Origin: a virus
Lineage: Duplodnaviria; Caudoviricetes
Reading direction: 5' to 3' (one strand)
DNA length: 38,205 nt
IMG/VR virus record: IMGVR_UViG_3300032227_000019
Location: 1 to 38,205 of that record
A model generated the notes under the pieces. That model searched no databases, was not told where the DNA came from, and worked only from the letters and a program-made list of their open reading frames with translations. Below are positions 28,179 to 37,167 of this stretch, piece after piece. Both the position numbers and the translations under genes were made by a program. Positions within the stretch are counted from its first letter, which is position 1, and each line of letters begins with the position of its first letter.

Positions 28179-29410
28179 TATACTATTCCTCCTGCCACGG
28201 ATGTTGAAACGCAATCTAAAGATGTAACAGCAAAACCGCCGAGTCGGACGATATGCTGCATAGAAGAAATCAAATAAGTACCATTACCATAAACTATATT
28301 ACCATATCTATCTCTCCAATCCAGATTAATAACTGAACCTGCATGTAGATTTGGATTCCACGGCACTGTCATACGCAATGCCACTTTATCTCTTTCGAGC
28401 AATGCCATTCTTGCTTGTCGTTTAAGCAAATACTTTTCTACCTCATAATTACAGCTATCCATTTGCTGAGAGGTACCTGAGTTTGACATAGCAGACTTAA
28501 AGTTGAAACCGCCAATGCCACAACCACCAGAAGAATTACCAACCTGAAATGCGGATAGATTTAATGGATTGAACATGGCAACTGTATTCATATTCTGGCC
28601 ATTTTCATCTAGACCATTTAATAGGTCAGATAAGTAATCAAAATCACAAGGGAACATAAATGCAAGAGCAACATTTGGATTTTGATAACCGCCAGAGTTT
28701 AATGGCCCTGCACCACCGTCGAAACCATTTTCACCATGTTTATATGTGGCGACTGGTCCTTGCCGACAAAGACTTTTAAGTGACCTAAAATGATGCTGTC
28801 CACCGCCAGGTGCATATGTCATAAAGTGAACAAAAGATGGGTCATCACCTGCTAATGCTACGTTACCTTGCTGCGCCACTACCTGAAATGGATGAATATT
28901 CTCGGCAATATAATCTCTAGTAGGGCCACAATTCTCAACATCGATTAGAGTAGCACCAGCACAAGACTGTAGGACATAACTAACAATATCGGATGGTTCG
29001 GTACATTTCCATGATTTAGAAACCAATGTCTTGGCATCATTCAATAGGGTCTGGTCACAGGCATGAATAGTAAATTCTTCTGTCTGACCTACGTTGACGG
29101 GCATAAAGTCTCTATTGTCTAATCTATAGACTTTTTGCAGCACTGGTAAAAATGCGCCGTTTTCTTTTATTAAAGTGAAATTGATGTTCTGATTTTTCCA
29201 GGAATCAAAGTTTTTATATGTACCAGTATAGAGTTGAGATTGAAATGTTACCGATGTCTGTAGTCCAGGTGTCAATAGACTTTCTGCAAGGACAATCTCT
29301 TTAATTGTCATTTGCGGGAAACTGTCCATAGTTCCGCCTATGTCGAAACCTTGGATGGATACTAGTGCATTAGTAAAATCGTCGTCTGTATAATTTAAAT
29401 TCTGGCTCAT
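28178..29410 (-). CDS. Baseplate hub protein, gp27-like (410 aa)
   Basis: EIVLAESLLTPGLQ, HFRSLKSL, and C-terminal MTVP.NPNLHAGSVI.L...GTYLISSMQH are typical hub motifs. Lies between gp53 and gp5. Confidence 0.72.
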   Translation of the reverse strand: MSQNLNYTDDDFTNALVSIQGFDIGGTMDSFPQMTIKEIVLAESLLTPGLQTSVTFQSQLYTGTYKNFDSWKNQNINFTLIKENGAFLPVLQKVYRLDNRDFMPVNVGQTEEFTIHACDQTLLNDAKTLVSKSWKCTEPSDIVSYVLQSCAGATLIDVENCGPTRDYIAENIHPFQVVAQQGNVALAGDDPSFVHFMTYAPGGGQHHFRSLKSLCRQGPVATYKHGENGFDGGAGPLNSGGYQNPNVALAFMFPCDFDYLSDLLNGLDENGQNMNTVAMFNPLNLSAFQVGNSSGGCGIGGFNFKSAMSNSGTSQQMDSCNYEVEKYLLKRQARMALLERDKVALRMTVPWNPNLHAGSVINLDWRDRYGNIVYGNGTYLISSMQHIVRLGGFAVTSLDCVSTSVAGGIV

Positions 29411-30198
29411 GTATATGGTAATCTTCTAAGAAATGGTTTCAGTGTCCCGGTCAATTCTGAAAATTGCTCGGAAATCATTGAGTAATATTCTGCTTTAATA
29501 ATCTTAATAGTTCTTCTTTCATCATTTAAAATTTCCTCATAATCATAATTGGTCATATAGTTAGCATATGATACCTCGGTGATTGTTTTACCATCAATAT
29601 TGATTGTCTCGTATTGTTTTACGGTCGGCAAACCTTCATCGATAACATCTTCACTATCTGATGTATATAATGTTGAATCGGCCTTAATTAAAGTTGAATC
29701 AACAGTTGTTCCTTTTGATTCGAGATAAGGAACATAAAAATCAAAAGGCACATCCGGCCTATTTACAGTAAATCTTTGGTAAGATAGAGGTAGTTTGGTA
29801 ATAGTTGTAATGCCAGATTGTGGTTCAGTTCGTTCAATAATCTTTTCATAATGATGAATACCTGTCTTAGCATTGGCAATTGAACCATACTTACCAGCAA
29901 TATACTTATCAAACTGTTTAGATGTTAGTGGCCAATCAAACTGCGGGTCGAAAATCTGATTAGCATACAGTATCATCCATCCGGCATTAATGTCACCATA
30001 AACTCTATCTGCTAGAACTTCGGGCGTTTCACCTTCTTCAATCTCATAAATGTAGTATGACGCCACATTGTTTAACACCTCACGAATCATACCTAGTCTG
30101 AAAAAGATGTTTGTCACCTTCTCGGAATAATCATAAAGATTAGATGTTTTTATTTTATAATCAGTTTTCGGAAAACTTTCGAAATATGGTGTTGCCAT
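29407..30198 (-). CDS. gp53: Baseplate wedge subunit gp53
   Basis: YFESFP...Y, NIFFR, YEIEEGETPEVLADRVYGD...WMILYAN.I.DPQFDWP, IHHYE, TNYDYE..LND..R.IKIIK. Confidence 0.93.
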   Translation of the reverse strand: MATPYFESFPKTDYKIKTSNLYDYSEKVTNIFFRLGMIREVLNNVASYYIYEIEEGETPEVLADRVYGDINAGWMILYANQIFDPQFDWPLTSKQFDKYIAGKYGSIANAKTGIHHYEKIIERTEPQSGITTITKLPLSYQRFTVNRPDVPFDFYVPYLESKGTTVDSTLIKADSTLYTSDSEDVIDEGLPTVKQYETINIDGKTITEVSYANYMTNYDYEEILNDERRTIKIIKAEYYSMISEQFSELTGTLKPFLRRLPYT

Positions 30199-30207
30199 CT
30201 TTTACCT

Positions 30208-30720
30208 TTATTGATTGAATACCCAGTTTTCTACGGGTAGTTGAATTGCTTTATCATATTCATCTGGATATATTTCAATAAACCTTGACCTAACTCTAGT
30301 ATATAAGTATCTCTTAATACAAACTGGTGCCAATTGGTTGATAACAGGTGTAGACTTAATCAAATCATATGATAATCTTAATCTAGCACGGTCATCACCA
30401 TACTTATTATTCTTGAACACCATCAATCTGTTTACGAATCCTTCTCTTGCTCCTGCACCCAAGTAGTGTAGATTTAAACCTATAAATCCATCACTCTTTT
30501 GCTCAATAGGAAAGCACATAGGAAACTTATCATATTTTGGCAATATAAGTTTACCTTTTGGGTCATACTTAAAGAAATATAACTTTCCGGTAATAGCACT
30601 ATCAGCACCACGTTGGTCATTGCTCATAATAAACTTTCGAGCAATATCAGGCCTTTTTGCTTCTTCGGCCTTCTCCAACAGCCACTTGGCCAATTCGTCG
30701 GATGTATATTCTTTTGCCAT
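30208..30720 (-). CDS. gp2: DNA end protector protein gp2
   Basis: GKLYFFKYDPK.K..LP.YD.FP, GF.GLNLHYL, CIKRYL..RVRS, AIQLPVE. Confidence 0.93.
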   Translation of the reverse strand: MAKEYTSDELAKWLLEKAEEAKRPDIARKFIMSNDQRGADSAITGKLYFFKYDPKGKLILPKYDKFPMCFPIEQKSDGFIGLNLHYLGAGAREGFVNRLMVFKNNKYGDDRARLRLSYDLIKSTPVINQLAPVCIKRYLYTRVRSRFIEIYPDEYDKAIQLPVENWVFNQ

Positions 30721-30723
30721 GTA

Positions 30724-31191
30724 TTATTTAGACTTCTTTCCTGAGAATATTTCATTTTCAGTAAGAATTTGAAATTCCCAACCTTTATTGGTGCAATAAT
30801 CTTTAGCGGCCCTCCATTTGGCCTGATTAACACCATAGGTCATAACCTCTGTTATAAACCTTTTTGTCTTTCTCTTAGGTATTTTAGGTTCTTGTGTTTG
30901 TGCATATGGTTTTATTTCAATCAACATCTTCTTAATAGAACCATCAGCAGCCCTAGCCTCGAAATAAAAATCTACGAAATACCTATGTGGTCTATTATCT
31001 ACTGGTGAGATATAAGGTATTACCACTTCCTCTGAACCCCATCTGATAATCGGTTCATGTTCATCAAGGTAGTTCATAAACTTTTTCTCCCAACCAGAAC
31101 GATAGACTATGTTGGTTGGGTCACCAATATATTTCTTTGGATTCTTAGGTTTAAAAAATCCTTGTTTGTAATGACTTTCTTTCTTTTCCAT
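30724..31191 (-). CDS. gp4: Head completion nuclease gp4
   Basis: GFFKPKNPKKYIGDPTNIVYRSGWE, WGSEE..IPY.SP.D...HRYFVDF, IEIKP..QT, NQAKW.AA. The ATG at 31191 is preferred; the TTG at 31197 is possible. Confidence 0.95.
   Translation of the reverse strand: MEKKESHYKQGFFKPKNPKKYIGDPTNIVYRSGWEKKFMNYLDEHEPIIRWGSEEVVIPYISPVDNRPHRYFVDFYFEARAADGSIKKMLIEIKPYAQTQEPKIPKRKTKRFITEVMTYGVNQAKWRAAKDYCTNKGWEFQILTENEIFSGKKSK
30725..30732 (-). promoter_or_regulatory. Late promoter variant TCTAAATA
   Basis: CTAAATA over the gp4 stop, only about 4 nt before the gp2 ATG, which would give a near-leaderless transcript. Confidence 0.4.
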
Positions 31192-31204
31192 TCCCAATAC
31201 CTTT

Positions 31205-31212
31205 GCTAAATA
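31205..31212 (+). promoter_or_regulatory. Late promoter variant GCTAAATA for the divergent gp48 block
   Basis: CTAAATA in the divergent intergenic gap, followed by a GGAGGA RBS and the ATG at 31235. Confidence 0.65.
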
Positions 31213-31234
31213 ATATGTAGCATCGGAGGATTAG

Positions 31235-32089
31235 ATGACCGACAGTTGGCAAGATAAGTTTCAGGCGGCATTTGCAAGCGAAGATTATGATATTAAAAGT
31301 GGTGTAAATAAACTTGAAAGTGCATTGAGAGATTTTGCCCCGAAGCAATATCGATTTAGTTATGATGTTTTTCCTGAGGACCTTGGTTCAGATTATTATG
31401 GTCACTGGATGACTATTACTGCTAAAGTACCAAATGGTGCTATTAATGTGGGCACCGGGCCCTCTACTACCGTCAATCAATCAGGTTTTGGTAGAAACAC
31501 CTCCGCATATGCAGTAGGTCTTTTTATTCCAGGTGCTGGTGAAGGTGGTTCAGGTATCATCTATGAAGATAGGCACGAATATACCGACATTAAACTAACC
31601 AACTTAGGAGGTAAAGCAGCATTAGGTATTTTCGCAGGTGGTTCGGTTGGTTCCGCATCCGATGTTGGTGCAATGCCTAGTATGTTTGGTCATCCTATTA
31701 ATCCTGGTGTTCAAGTATTGTATAGAAGCACCAACCTTCGTGCCTTTCAGTTTACCTTTATGATGGCACCTTCTTCACAAAAAGAATCCGAATCCATGGA
31801 CCGTATTATTTGGAATCTTCGTAGATTTGCTGCACCAGATTTAAACCAGAAAACCTCTCTATTGTTTGATACGCCAGCAGAGTTTGAAATTAAGTTCTAT
31901 AATAAGGGTCAAGAGAACCTTGCTATTCCAAAAATTCGTCGTTGTGTTCTAACCAACATCAATATAAACTATACACCACAAGGTGAGTGGTCCACATTCA
32001 GAAATGGTTATCCAGTTTCTTGCTTATTATCCGTAGCATTCCAAGAAATGGAAATCATTACAAGAGACAAAATCGAGGCTTACTACTAA
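31235..32089 (+). CDS. gp48: Baseplate tail-tube cap gp48
   Basis: FPEDL, INP..QVLY....LR.FQFTF.M.P.S..E, P.EFEIKF, IPKI..CVLTNI.INYTP.G, L.V.FQE.EIITR. Confidence 0.9.
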   Translation: MTDSWQDKFQAAFASEDYDIKSGVNKLESALRDFAPKQYRFSYDVFPEDLGSDYYGHWMTITAKVPNGAINVGTGPSTTVNQSGFGRNTSAYAVGLFIPGAGEGGSGIIYEDRHEYTDIKLTNLGGKAALGIFAGGSVGSASDVGAMPSMFGHPINPGVQVLYRSTNLRAFQFTFMMAPSSQKESESMDRIIWNLRRFAAPDLNQKTSLLFDTPAEFEIKFYNKGQENLAIPKIRRCVLTNININYTPQGEWSTFRNGYPVSCLLSVAFQEMEIITRDKIEAYY

Positions 32090-32760
32090 TGGCATCATTC
32101 GTTCCTCAAAATTCACCGAGCAATCTATCTATATTAGATTTAAGTTCTTATATCAACACCCTTGGCGGGCCGGCGAAGCAATGCCGTTTTGCTGTTCGTA
32201 TTATGCCTTCAGGTAGTTCAAATATTCTCACAAGAATTGGATACAATAACTTTATTAAAGATATGACCTATCTTTGTGAAGCAACAGAATTACCAGGTCG
32301 TGGTTTCGACATTGCATCGGCCAGATATTATGGACCTGCTATTAACTTTCCACGCAATAGTAAGTATGGAGAAGGTATAGATATGACCTTCTTATGTCGG
32401 ACAGAAAGTTTCGAAAGACAGATGTTTGATGATTGGATGGAAGTTATTAACCCTTCTAACATCTATGATTTCAACTATGCAAAAGATTACTATGCAGAGA
32501 TTCAGATTTTTCAGTTAGCAGAATATAATAAAACCGGTGGAAATACAGGTTCATCATCTATGAACGCACCTACGGCCACATATGCTTGGTCTCTACATAA
32601 GGCCTGGCCAATGGTTGTTAATCCACAGGCAGTAACATGGGCAGATAATGATGTTCTGAGATTATCAGTAACATTTGCTTACCAGTCCTGGACTAGACCT
32701 GGCAGAGATACGCCAGCAGGACAAGGAAATATAAATTCTTCAATGAATGCATTGGGATAA
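32089..32760 (+). CDS. gp54: Baseplate tail-tube initiator gp54-like (223 aa)
   Basis: Start moved to the ATG at 32089 (TAATG overlap, MASFVPQ). GGPAK.CRFAV, LCEATELPGR, ER..FDDWM..I, Y..DY...I.I.QL, AWP..V, LSVTFAY..W. Confidence 0.82.
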   Translation: MASFVPQNSPSNLSILDLSSYINTLGGPAKQCRFAVRIMPSGSSNILTRIGYNNFIKDMTYLCEATELPGRGFDIASARYYGPAINFPRNSKYGEGIDMTFLCRTESFERQMFDDWMEVINPSNIYDFNYAKDYYAEIQIFQLAEYNKTGGNTGSSSMNAPTATYAWSLHKAWPMVVNPQAVTWADNDVLRLSVTFAYQSWTRPGRDTPAGQGNINSSMNALG

Positions 32761-32776
32761 TAATGGAGATTAGATA

Positions 32777-33502
32777 ATGTTACCTAAGATTGATGTACCG
32801 ATTTATGAGTTGACAGTACCATCTACTGGCCAATCTGTAAAAGTTAGGCCTTTCAATGTTAAAGAAGAAAAACTATTGTTTATGGCCGTAGAAGCAGGTG
32901 ATGGTGAAGAGATTGTTAAGACAGTCAAGCAAGTTATCAATAACTGTATTCTGAATAATGATGTTAACATTGATAAACTACCATTCTTTGATGTTGATTA
33001 CCTTTTCATATTCCTACGAGCCAAGTCAATTGGTGAATCCGTAGAGGTGAATATGACCTGTAATAATGAGTTAGAAGATGGTCGCCGTTGTGGTAATGTC
33101 TTTGAAGCAGATATGGATATTGCCAAGGTAGATATTATCAAAGACGATACCATTAATGATGACATTAAATTGGATAGAACAAAGGGTGTTAAGATGAAAT
33201 ACCCAACCTATTCACTAATGAAACATCTAGAATCGGTGGCACCAATCGATAAGAAAACGGTCATCATCACCAACTCTATTGATAAGATATACGATGAAAA
33301 GGGTATGTATTCTGCTAAAGATTATACCAAAGAACAATTGACCGAGTTTGTTGAAAATCTAACAGAAGAAAAATATAAAAAGTTGGAATCATATGTTGAT
33401 AACTTTCCAACATTTGCTGTTAGATTAGAGGCAGATTGCCCTAAGTGTGGTTTTCATCATAATGTGAGGTATACAGACTTCACGGATTTTTTTCTCTCAT
33501 AA
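32777..33502 (+). CDS. gp26: Baseplate hub subunit gp26
   Basis: MLPKIDVPIYEL.VPSTG..VK.RPF.VKEEK.L, FDVDYLFI.LRAKSIGE, MKYP, C-terminal CPKCG...DFF. Confidence 0.95.
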   Translation: MLPKIDVPIYELTVPSTGQSVKVRPFNVKEEKLLFMAVEAGDGEEIVKTVKQVINNCILNNDVNIDKLPFFDVDYLFIFLRAKSIGESVEVNMTCNNELEDGRRCGNVFEADMDIAKVDIIKDDTINDDIKLDRTKGVKMKYPTYSLMKHLESVAPIDKKTVIITNSIDKIYDEKGMYSAKDYTKEQLTEFVENLTEEKYKKLESYVDNFPTFAVRLEADCPKCGFHHNVRYTDFTDFFLS

Positions 33503-33723
33503 TGGGACATGACAAGTTAGGTAATTATTTTAAATCTAACTTTTCACTTATGCAACATCATCATTGGAGTTTGAGTGAGATTGAAGCAATGTTACCATGG
33601 GAAAGATATGTTTATATGGAAATGTTACTGGCTTATCTAGCGGAACAAGAGAAACTAGCAAAGCAACGTGAACAGGAAGAAAAGTCTCGCATACAACAAA
33701 TGATGCGCCAACAAAGAAGATAA
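33502..33723 (+). CDS. gp51: Baseplate hub assembly catalyst gp51
   Basis: NYFKSNFSLMQHHHWSLSEIEAMLPWERYVY. Confidence 0.92.
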   Translation: MGHDKLGNYFKSNFSLMQHHHWSLSEIEAMLPWERYVYMEMLLAYLAEQEKLAKQREQEEKSRIQQMMRQQRR

Positions 33724-33726
33724 CAA

Positions 33727-36700
33727 ATGATTAAGATAGAAAAAGTTAGTTATAAGTCTCTTAGAAAAGTTAGTATTATGGACCGTTTGAAATTAGCAAA
33801 CGACCCTGGTATTGGCAATAGTCTTATGTCGGCGTTAACGCCAACTCAATTGGCAGAACTTTTTCCATCTTATTATCGCCAGGGTTTACCTGATATCTCT
33901 GGATTTCAGAAGGCCATTCCGTCTGCTGTAACACAAGCAAAACAAAAATGGTATGAGGAACAAGTTCAAGATGCTGTATCAGGTGATAAGGCAGGCGCCG
34001 TTCTAAAACCAACTCTCAAAAAGAATGAATCGACCTGGGAGAAAGTTAAGAGAAAAGCAAGTGAAGCAATGGGTATTCCTACTAGTAAGAGTAAACCATT
34101 ACCTCCTGCTAAATTAACATCTAACCAAATAGCAGCAATTGAAGACCTTAAAAAAGGTAATATTGCTGTAGACGATCCTCGTGTTAAGTTTATGAAAGAT
34201 TTGGATAATACCAAGTTAGCTGGCACAGGTGTCTCAAGAACAAAAGATGAAAAGACAGGTAAAGAGGTATTTTCATATTCTGCACCGCAAGTAAGTGTTG
34301 AAGAGGCCAAGAAGTCATTGTTATCCGCAGCATCCGTAGGAATACCTGCAAAAGGTCGTTATTCAAATGCACAAGGCGCTGCACTTATAAGACAAGTAGG
34401 AGGAACACCAGAAGAATCCCAAAGACTAGGAGCCTTGATTAAACAGGAATCTCAAGGAAATCCTAAGGCACACAATTATAATCCTAAAACAGGTGACGAT
34501 TCTTATGGATTGTGGCAGATTAATATGCTAGGCAATCTAAAAGAAGAAAGACTAAGAGAGTTTTCCAGATTTGGCGTTAGATCGGTAGAGGATCTTCACA
34601 ACCCAGAAATCAATGCTAAAATTGCATTGCATATGTATAGAAGAGGTGTCTCAAAAGGTAAAACTGGACTGGAAGATTGGGGCGCATATCGTGATTTACG
34701 AAGAGGTACCGCTGTTCAATCTTGGGATCAGGCATTAGCAGAAGCGGCGCCCGGTGCTCAAGGCCCCGTGATTCATGGTCGAGACCCTATTACAAGAGAT
34801 TTTACTGATGACCAGGTCGCCGCAGAACAAAGAAGATTACAGACAGAAAAAGAAACACAAAGACTCGGTTCACTTGCCGAGTTTACCACAGCAACACCAG
34901 GTCAACCATTAACCAGAGATCCACATGTGGTAGATGCTGGCCAGACCGATTCTAGATCATTATTCAGTAAAGCAGAACAAATTGCTCAAGGTAGTTCTGC
35001 TAAACGCTTCGTATTCGGCGGCGCTAATGGCCGAGGTCAACATGCATGTGGTGTAGGTGCCCGTTCTATGGCTGGTGCTATGTTTGGTAATGATTATTTC
35101 ACTAGAGGATTAGGTGCAGGTAGAAATAGTGCCGCTGCCAGTCTTTCGGGTGGCAACTCATATTTCCAATCATCAGGTCTCTATCGTAATTCTACACCAG
35201 CAGGTAATTTAACCGATAGGTCATATCTTGCTAGTCTACCGGTTGGTACCGTTATCTCGGCTGCCGGTGGTAGATCAGGTAACGGTCACGTCCAAATCAA
35301 ATATGGACCAGGACCTGACGATTGGGCATCGGACTTTGACCAAAAGTCCAAGGGTGGTGTTCTTCTACGTGGTTATAGCAACTATATGGTCCACGTTCCA
35401 AATGAAGTAGGACAAAAGATATTAGCGGAAAAAGGATATCCTGTAAAATCCGAATCAGCATCGGTAAAATCTAATGCTTCTGATCCTAATCCAGCAGGTG
35501 CCCGCACAGACGTATCCGCACAACAAGGAACACAGTTAGGAGACTATACCGCACCACAACAGCAGGTATTGACTAGAGACCCACATATCCAACCTCCACC
35601 TGGTCCTACCACGCCTCCGTCTAACACCACAGCAGATGCAACACCGACACAGGCAACAACCGCAGAAACGGCAAAGAAACCTGTAACGGCATCTACCATT
35701 ACACCTGTAAGGTATAAGTTCAACGAGCAGGCATTCCTTAAAGAAGTTCGTTCTAAGAATTGGGGTGCCAGTGTGGTATCCGACGATTATATCATGAACG
35801 AAACCATCAATGGTTTTAAAAACACACCAGGCGTCAAGTATGATCGTAAAACTGGTATGATTACTATTGATGATCCAAAATCACCTGCTATTCAAAAAGT
35901 TATTTCTGATATGAGAGCAAATAACCTAGATGAAAACGTGTTCTTGTCCAAGCAAAAAGAAGAAGAAAAGAAAAAGGAAGAACATAAAAAGTCGGAAGTA
36001 AAACCAGGTGAAATAAAGCAATCGGCACCAGCACCTGGGCCAGCACCTGGGCCAGCACCGGGCCCGGCGGCAACTACTGCACCTTCTGGTCAACCTAGTG
36101 CATCTGTTGGTCCTTCACAGACAGACCAACAGTCCAAAGAAATGAAAAGCGGTGATGCATCAGGTGCATCAGGTTCTAAGTTTGATATTGACAGAGCCAT
36201 GGCGCTTATCCGGAGACAGGAGAGTGGTTCCTTTGGTGGTAACTACTCAGCCGATGCTGCTCTAAAAACTAAAGGAAAGATGACGGCCTCAGGTGCTTAT
36301 CAGTTTAACAATAGGACTTGGGGTGCCGTAACAAAACAATTTAATATTGGAAGGGAATATAAGAGAGCCGTTGACGCACCTAAGGACGTTCAAGATGCGG
36401 TTATGCGGGCCCGTGTGGAAGAGTTATATAAGAAACACGGTAGTATTGAAAAGGTTCTTATGACACACTTTACTGGTAATGCTGCTGGTAAAATGAGCGC
36501 CAAGGCTATTAAGGCAAATAAAGGACTAACAGGTCCACAATATGTTTCTTCTATCATTAAAGAACATGGCCCATCATATGATAAGATGAAATCGGAATCT
36601 GCTAGTGTTACACCAACACAGGCAGCACCAACGCCAGGTTCTGCCACTGTAACCGCACCAGTAGAGAAGGCTTCATATACACCACAAACAGCACCGGCAG

Positions 36701-37119
36701 CGGCACAGGTAGCACCAACGCCAGGTTCTGCCACTGTAACCGCACCAGTAGAGAAGGCTTCATATACACCACAAACAGCACCGGCAGCGGCACAGGTAGC
36801 ACCACAAGCAAAGGCATCTACTGGTCCGGTTGGACCTGCCGTTAGTCCTGAAATGGGCGGAGTAAGAACGGATATTCATGCACTAAGAACCGAAATGAAT
36901 ACAAAGTTATCCGACCTTCAACAAAGTAGTCAGGTTCAACCAAGCAACTTTAAAAGAACGGTATCTGATAACAATCCAAACATGATGAATGAATTTAAAG
37001 TTGCTACTGCTACACAGTATTCTAATCCAACCTCAGAAAGAGCATTGGGTAATAGACCACACTTTTCAGAAACAGGTGGACCAACCGCACACTTTAGCGG
37101 TGGTAATAACGTAGGATAA
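33727..37119 (+). CDS. Tape-measure/gp29-position virion protein with two lytic transglycosylase-like domains and a CHAP/NlpC-like amidase (1130 aa)
   Basis: QESQGNPKAHN...DSYGLWQIN (SLT-like 1), HACGVGAR...GHVQI...WASDFDQ (Cys/His amidase-like), RQESG..NY.A...ASGAYQF...TW (SLT-like 2), joined by P/A/T/Q-rich linkers. Follows gp26-gp51. Confidence 0.78.
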   Translation: MIKIEKVSYKSLRKVSIMDRLKLANDPGIGNSLMSALTPTQLAELFPSYYRQGLPDISGFQKAIPSAVTQAKQKWYEEQVQDAVSGDKAGAVLKPTLKKNESTWEKVKRKASEAMGIPTSKSKPLPPAKLTSNQIAAIEDLKKGNIAVDDPRVKFMKDLDNTKLAGTGVSRTKDEKTGKEVFSYSAPQVSVEEAKKSLLSAASVGIPAKGRYSNAQGAALIRQVGGTPEESQRLGALIKQESQGNPKAHNYNPKTGDDSYGLWQINMLGNLKEERLREFSRFGVRSVEDLHNPEINAKIALHMYRRGVSKGKTGLEDWGAYRDLRRGTAVQSWDQALAEAAPGAQGPVIHGRDPITRDFTDDQVAAEQRRLQTEKETQRLGSLAEFTTATPGQPLTRDPHVVDAGQTDSRSLFSKAEQIAQGSSAKRFVFGGANGRGQHACGVGARSMAGAMFGNDYFTRGLGAGRNSAAASLSGGNSYFQSSGLYRNSTPAGNLTDRSYLASLPVGTVISAAGGRSGNGHVQIKYGPGPDDWASDFDQKSKGGVLLRGYSNYMVHVPNEVGQKILAEKGYPVKSESASVKSNASDPNPAGARTDVSAQQGTQLGDYTAPQQQVLTRDPHIQPPPGPTTPPSNTTADATPTQATTAETAKKPVTASTITPVRYKFNEQAFLKEVRSKNWGASVVSDDYIMNETINGFKNTPGVKYDRKTGMITIDDPKSPAIQKVISDMRANNLDENVFLSKQKEEEKKKEEHKKSEVKPGEIKQSAPAPGPAPGPAPGPAATTAPSGQPSASVGPSQTDQQSKEMKSGDASGASGSKFDIDRAMALIRRQESGSFGGNYSADAALKTKGKMTASGAYQFNNRTWGAVTKQFNIGREYKRAVDAPKDVQDAVMRARVEELYKKHGSIEKVLMTHFTGNAAGKMSAKAIKANKGLTGPQYVSSIIKEHGPSYDKMKSESASVTPTQAAPTPGSATVTAPVEKASYTPQTAPAAAQVAPTPGSATVTAPVEKASYTPQTAPAAAQVAPQAKASTGPVGPAVSPEMGGVRTDIHALRTEMNTKLSDLQQSSQVQPSNFKRTVSDNNPNMMNEFKVATATQYSNPTSERALGNRPHFSETGGPTAHFSGGNNVG
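36028..36063 (+). repeat. 12-nt tandem repeat encoding (PAPG)3
   Basis: ccagcacctggg x2 followed by ccagcaccgggc. Confidence 0.8.
36624..36804 (+). repeat. Perfect 87-nt in-frame tandem duplication (29 aa, APTPGSATVTAPVEKASYTPQTAPAAAQV)
   Basis: Identical copies start at 36624 and 36711, plus a 7-nt partial copy at 36798. Confidence 0.93.
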
Positions 37120-37144
37120 AAAAGAGGGGCACAAAGGCCCCTCT
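37117..37144 (-). terminator. Rho-independent terminator between the convergent genes
   Basis: Stem AGAGGGGC / GCCCCTCT with a 6-nt loop. A U-tract follows on the minus strand (gp32 transcript). Confidence 0.88.
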
Positions 37145-37167
37145 CTCAATAGTTATCTTGTAAGGTC

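Noticed and set aside
30724-31197. TnsA-like endonuclease suggesting a transposon or homing element
   Set aside because: The sequence and its position next to gp2/gp53 identify the core T4 head-completion gene gp4.
31987-32088. N-terminal extensions given by the ORF track for gp54 (31987) and for the 494-aa ORF (28214)
   Set aside because: Both overlap the upstream gene. The ATGs in TAATG overlaps at 32089 and 28178 are better starts.
36624-36804. Repeat as a CRISPR array or DGR template/variable repeat pair
   Set aside because: The copies are adjacent, in frame and identical, with no spacers, no adenine-specific mismatches and no reverse transcriptase in the window.
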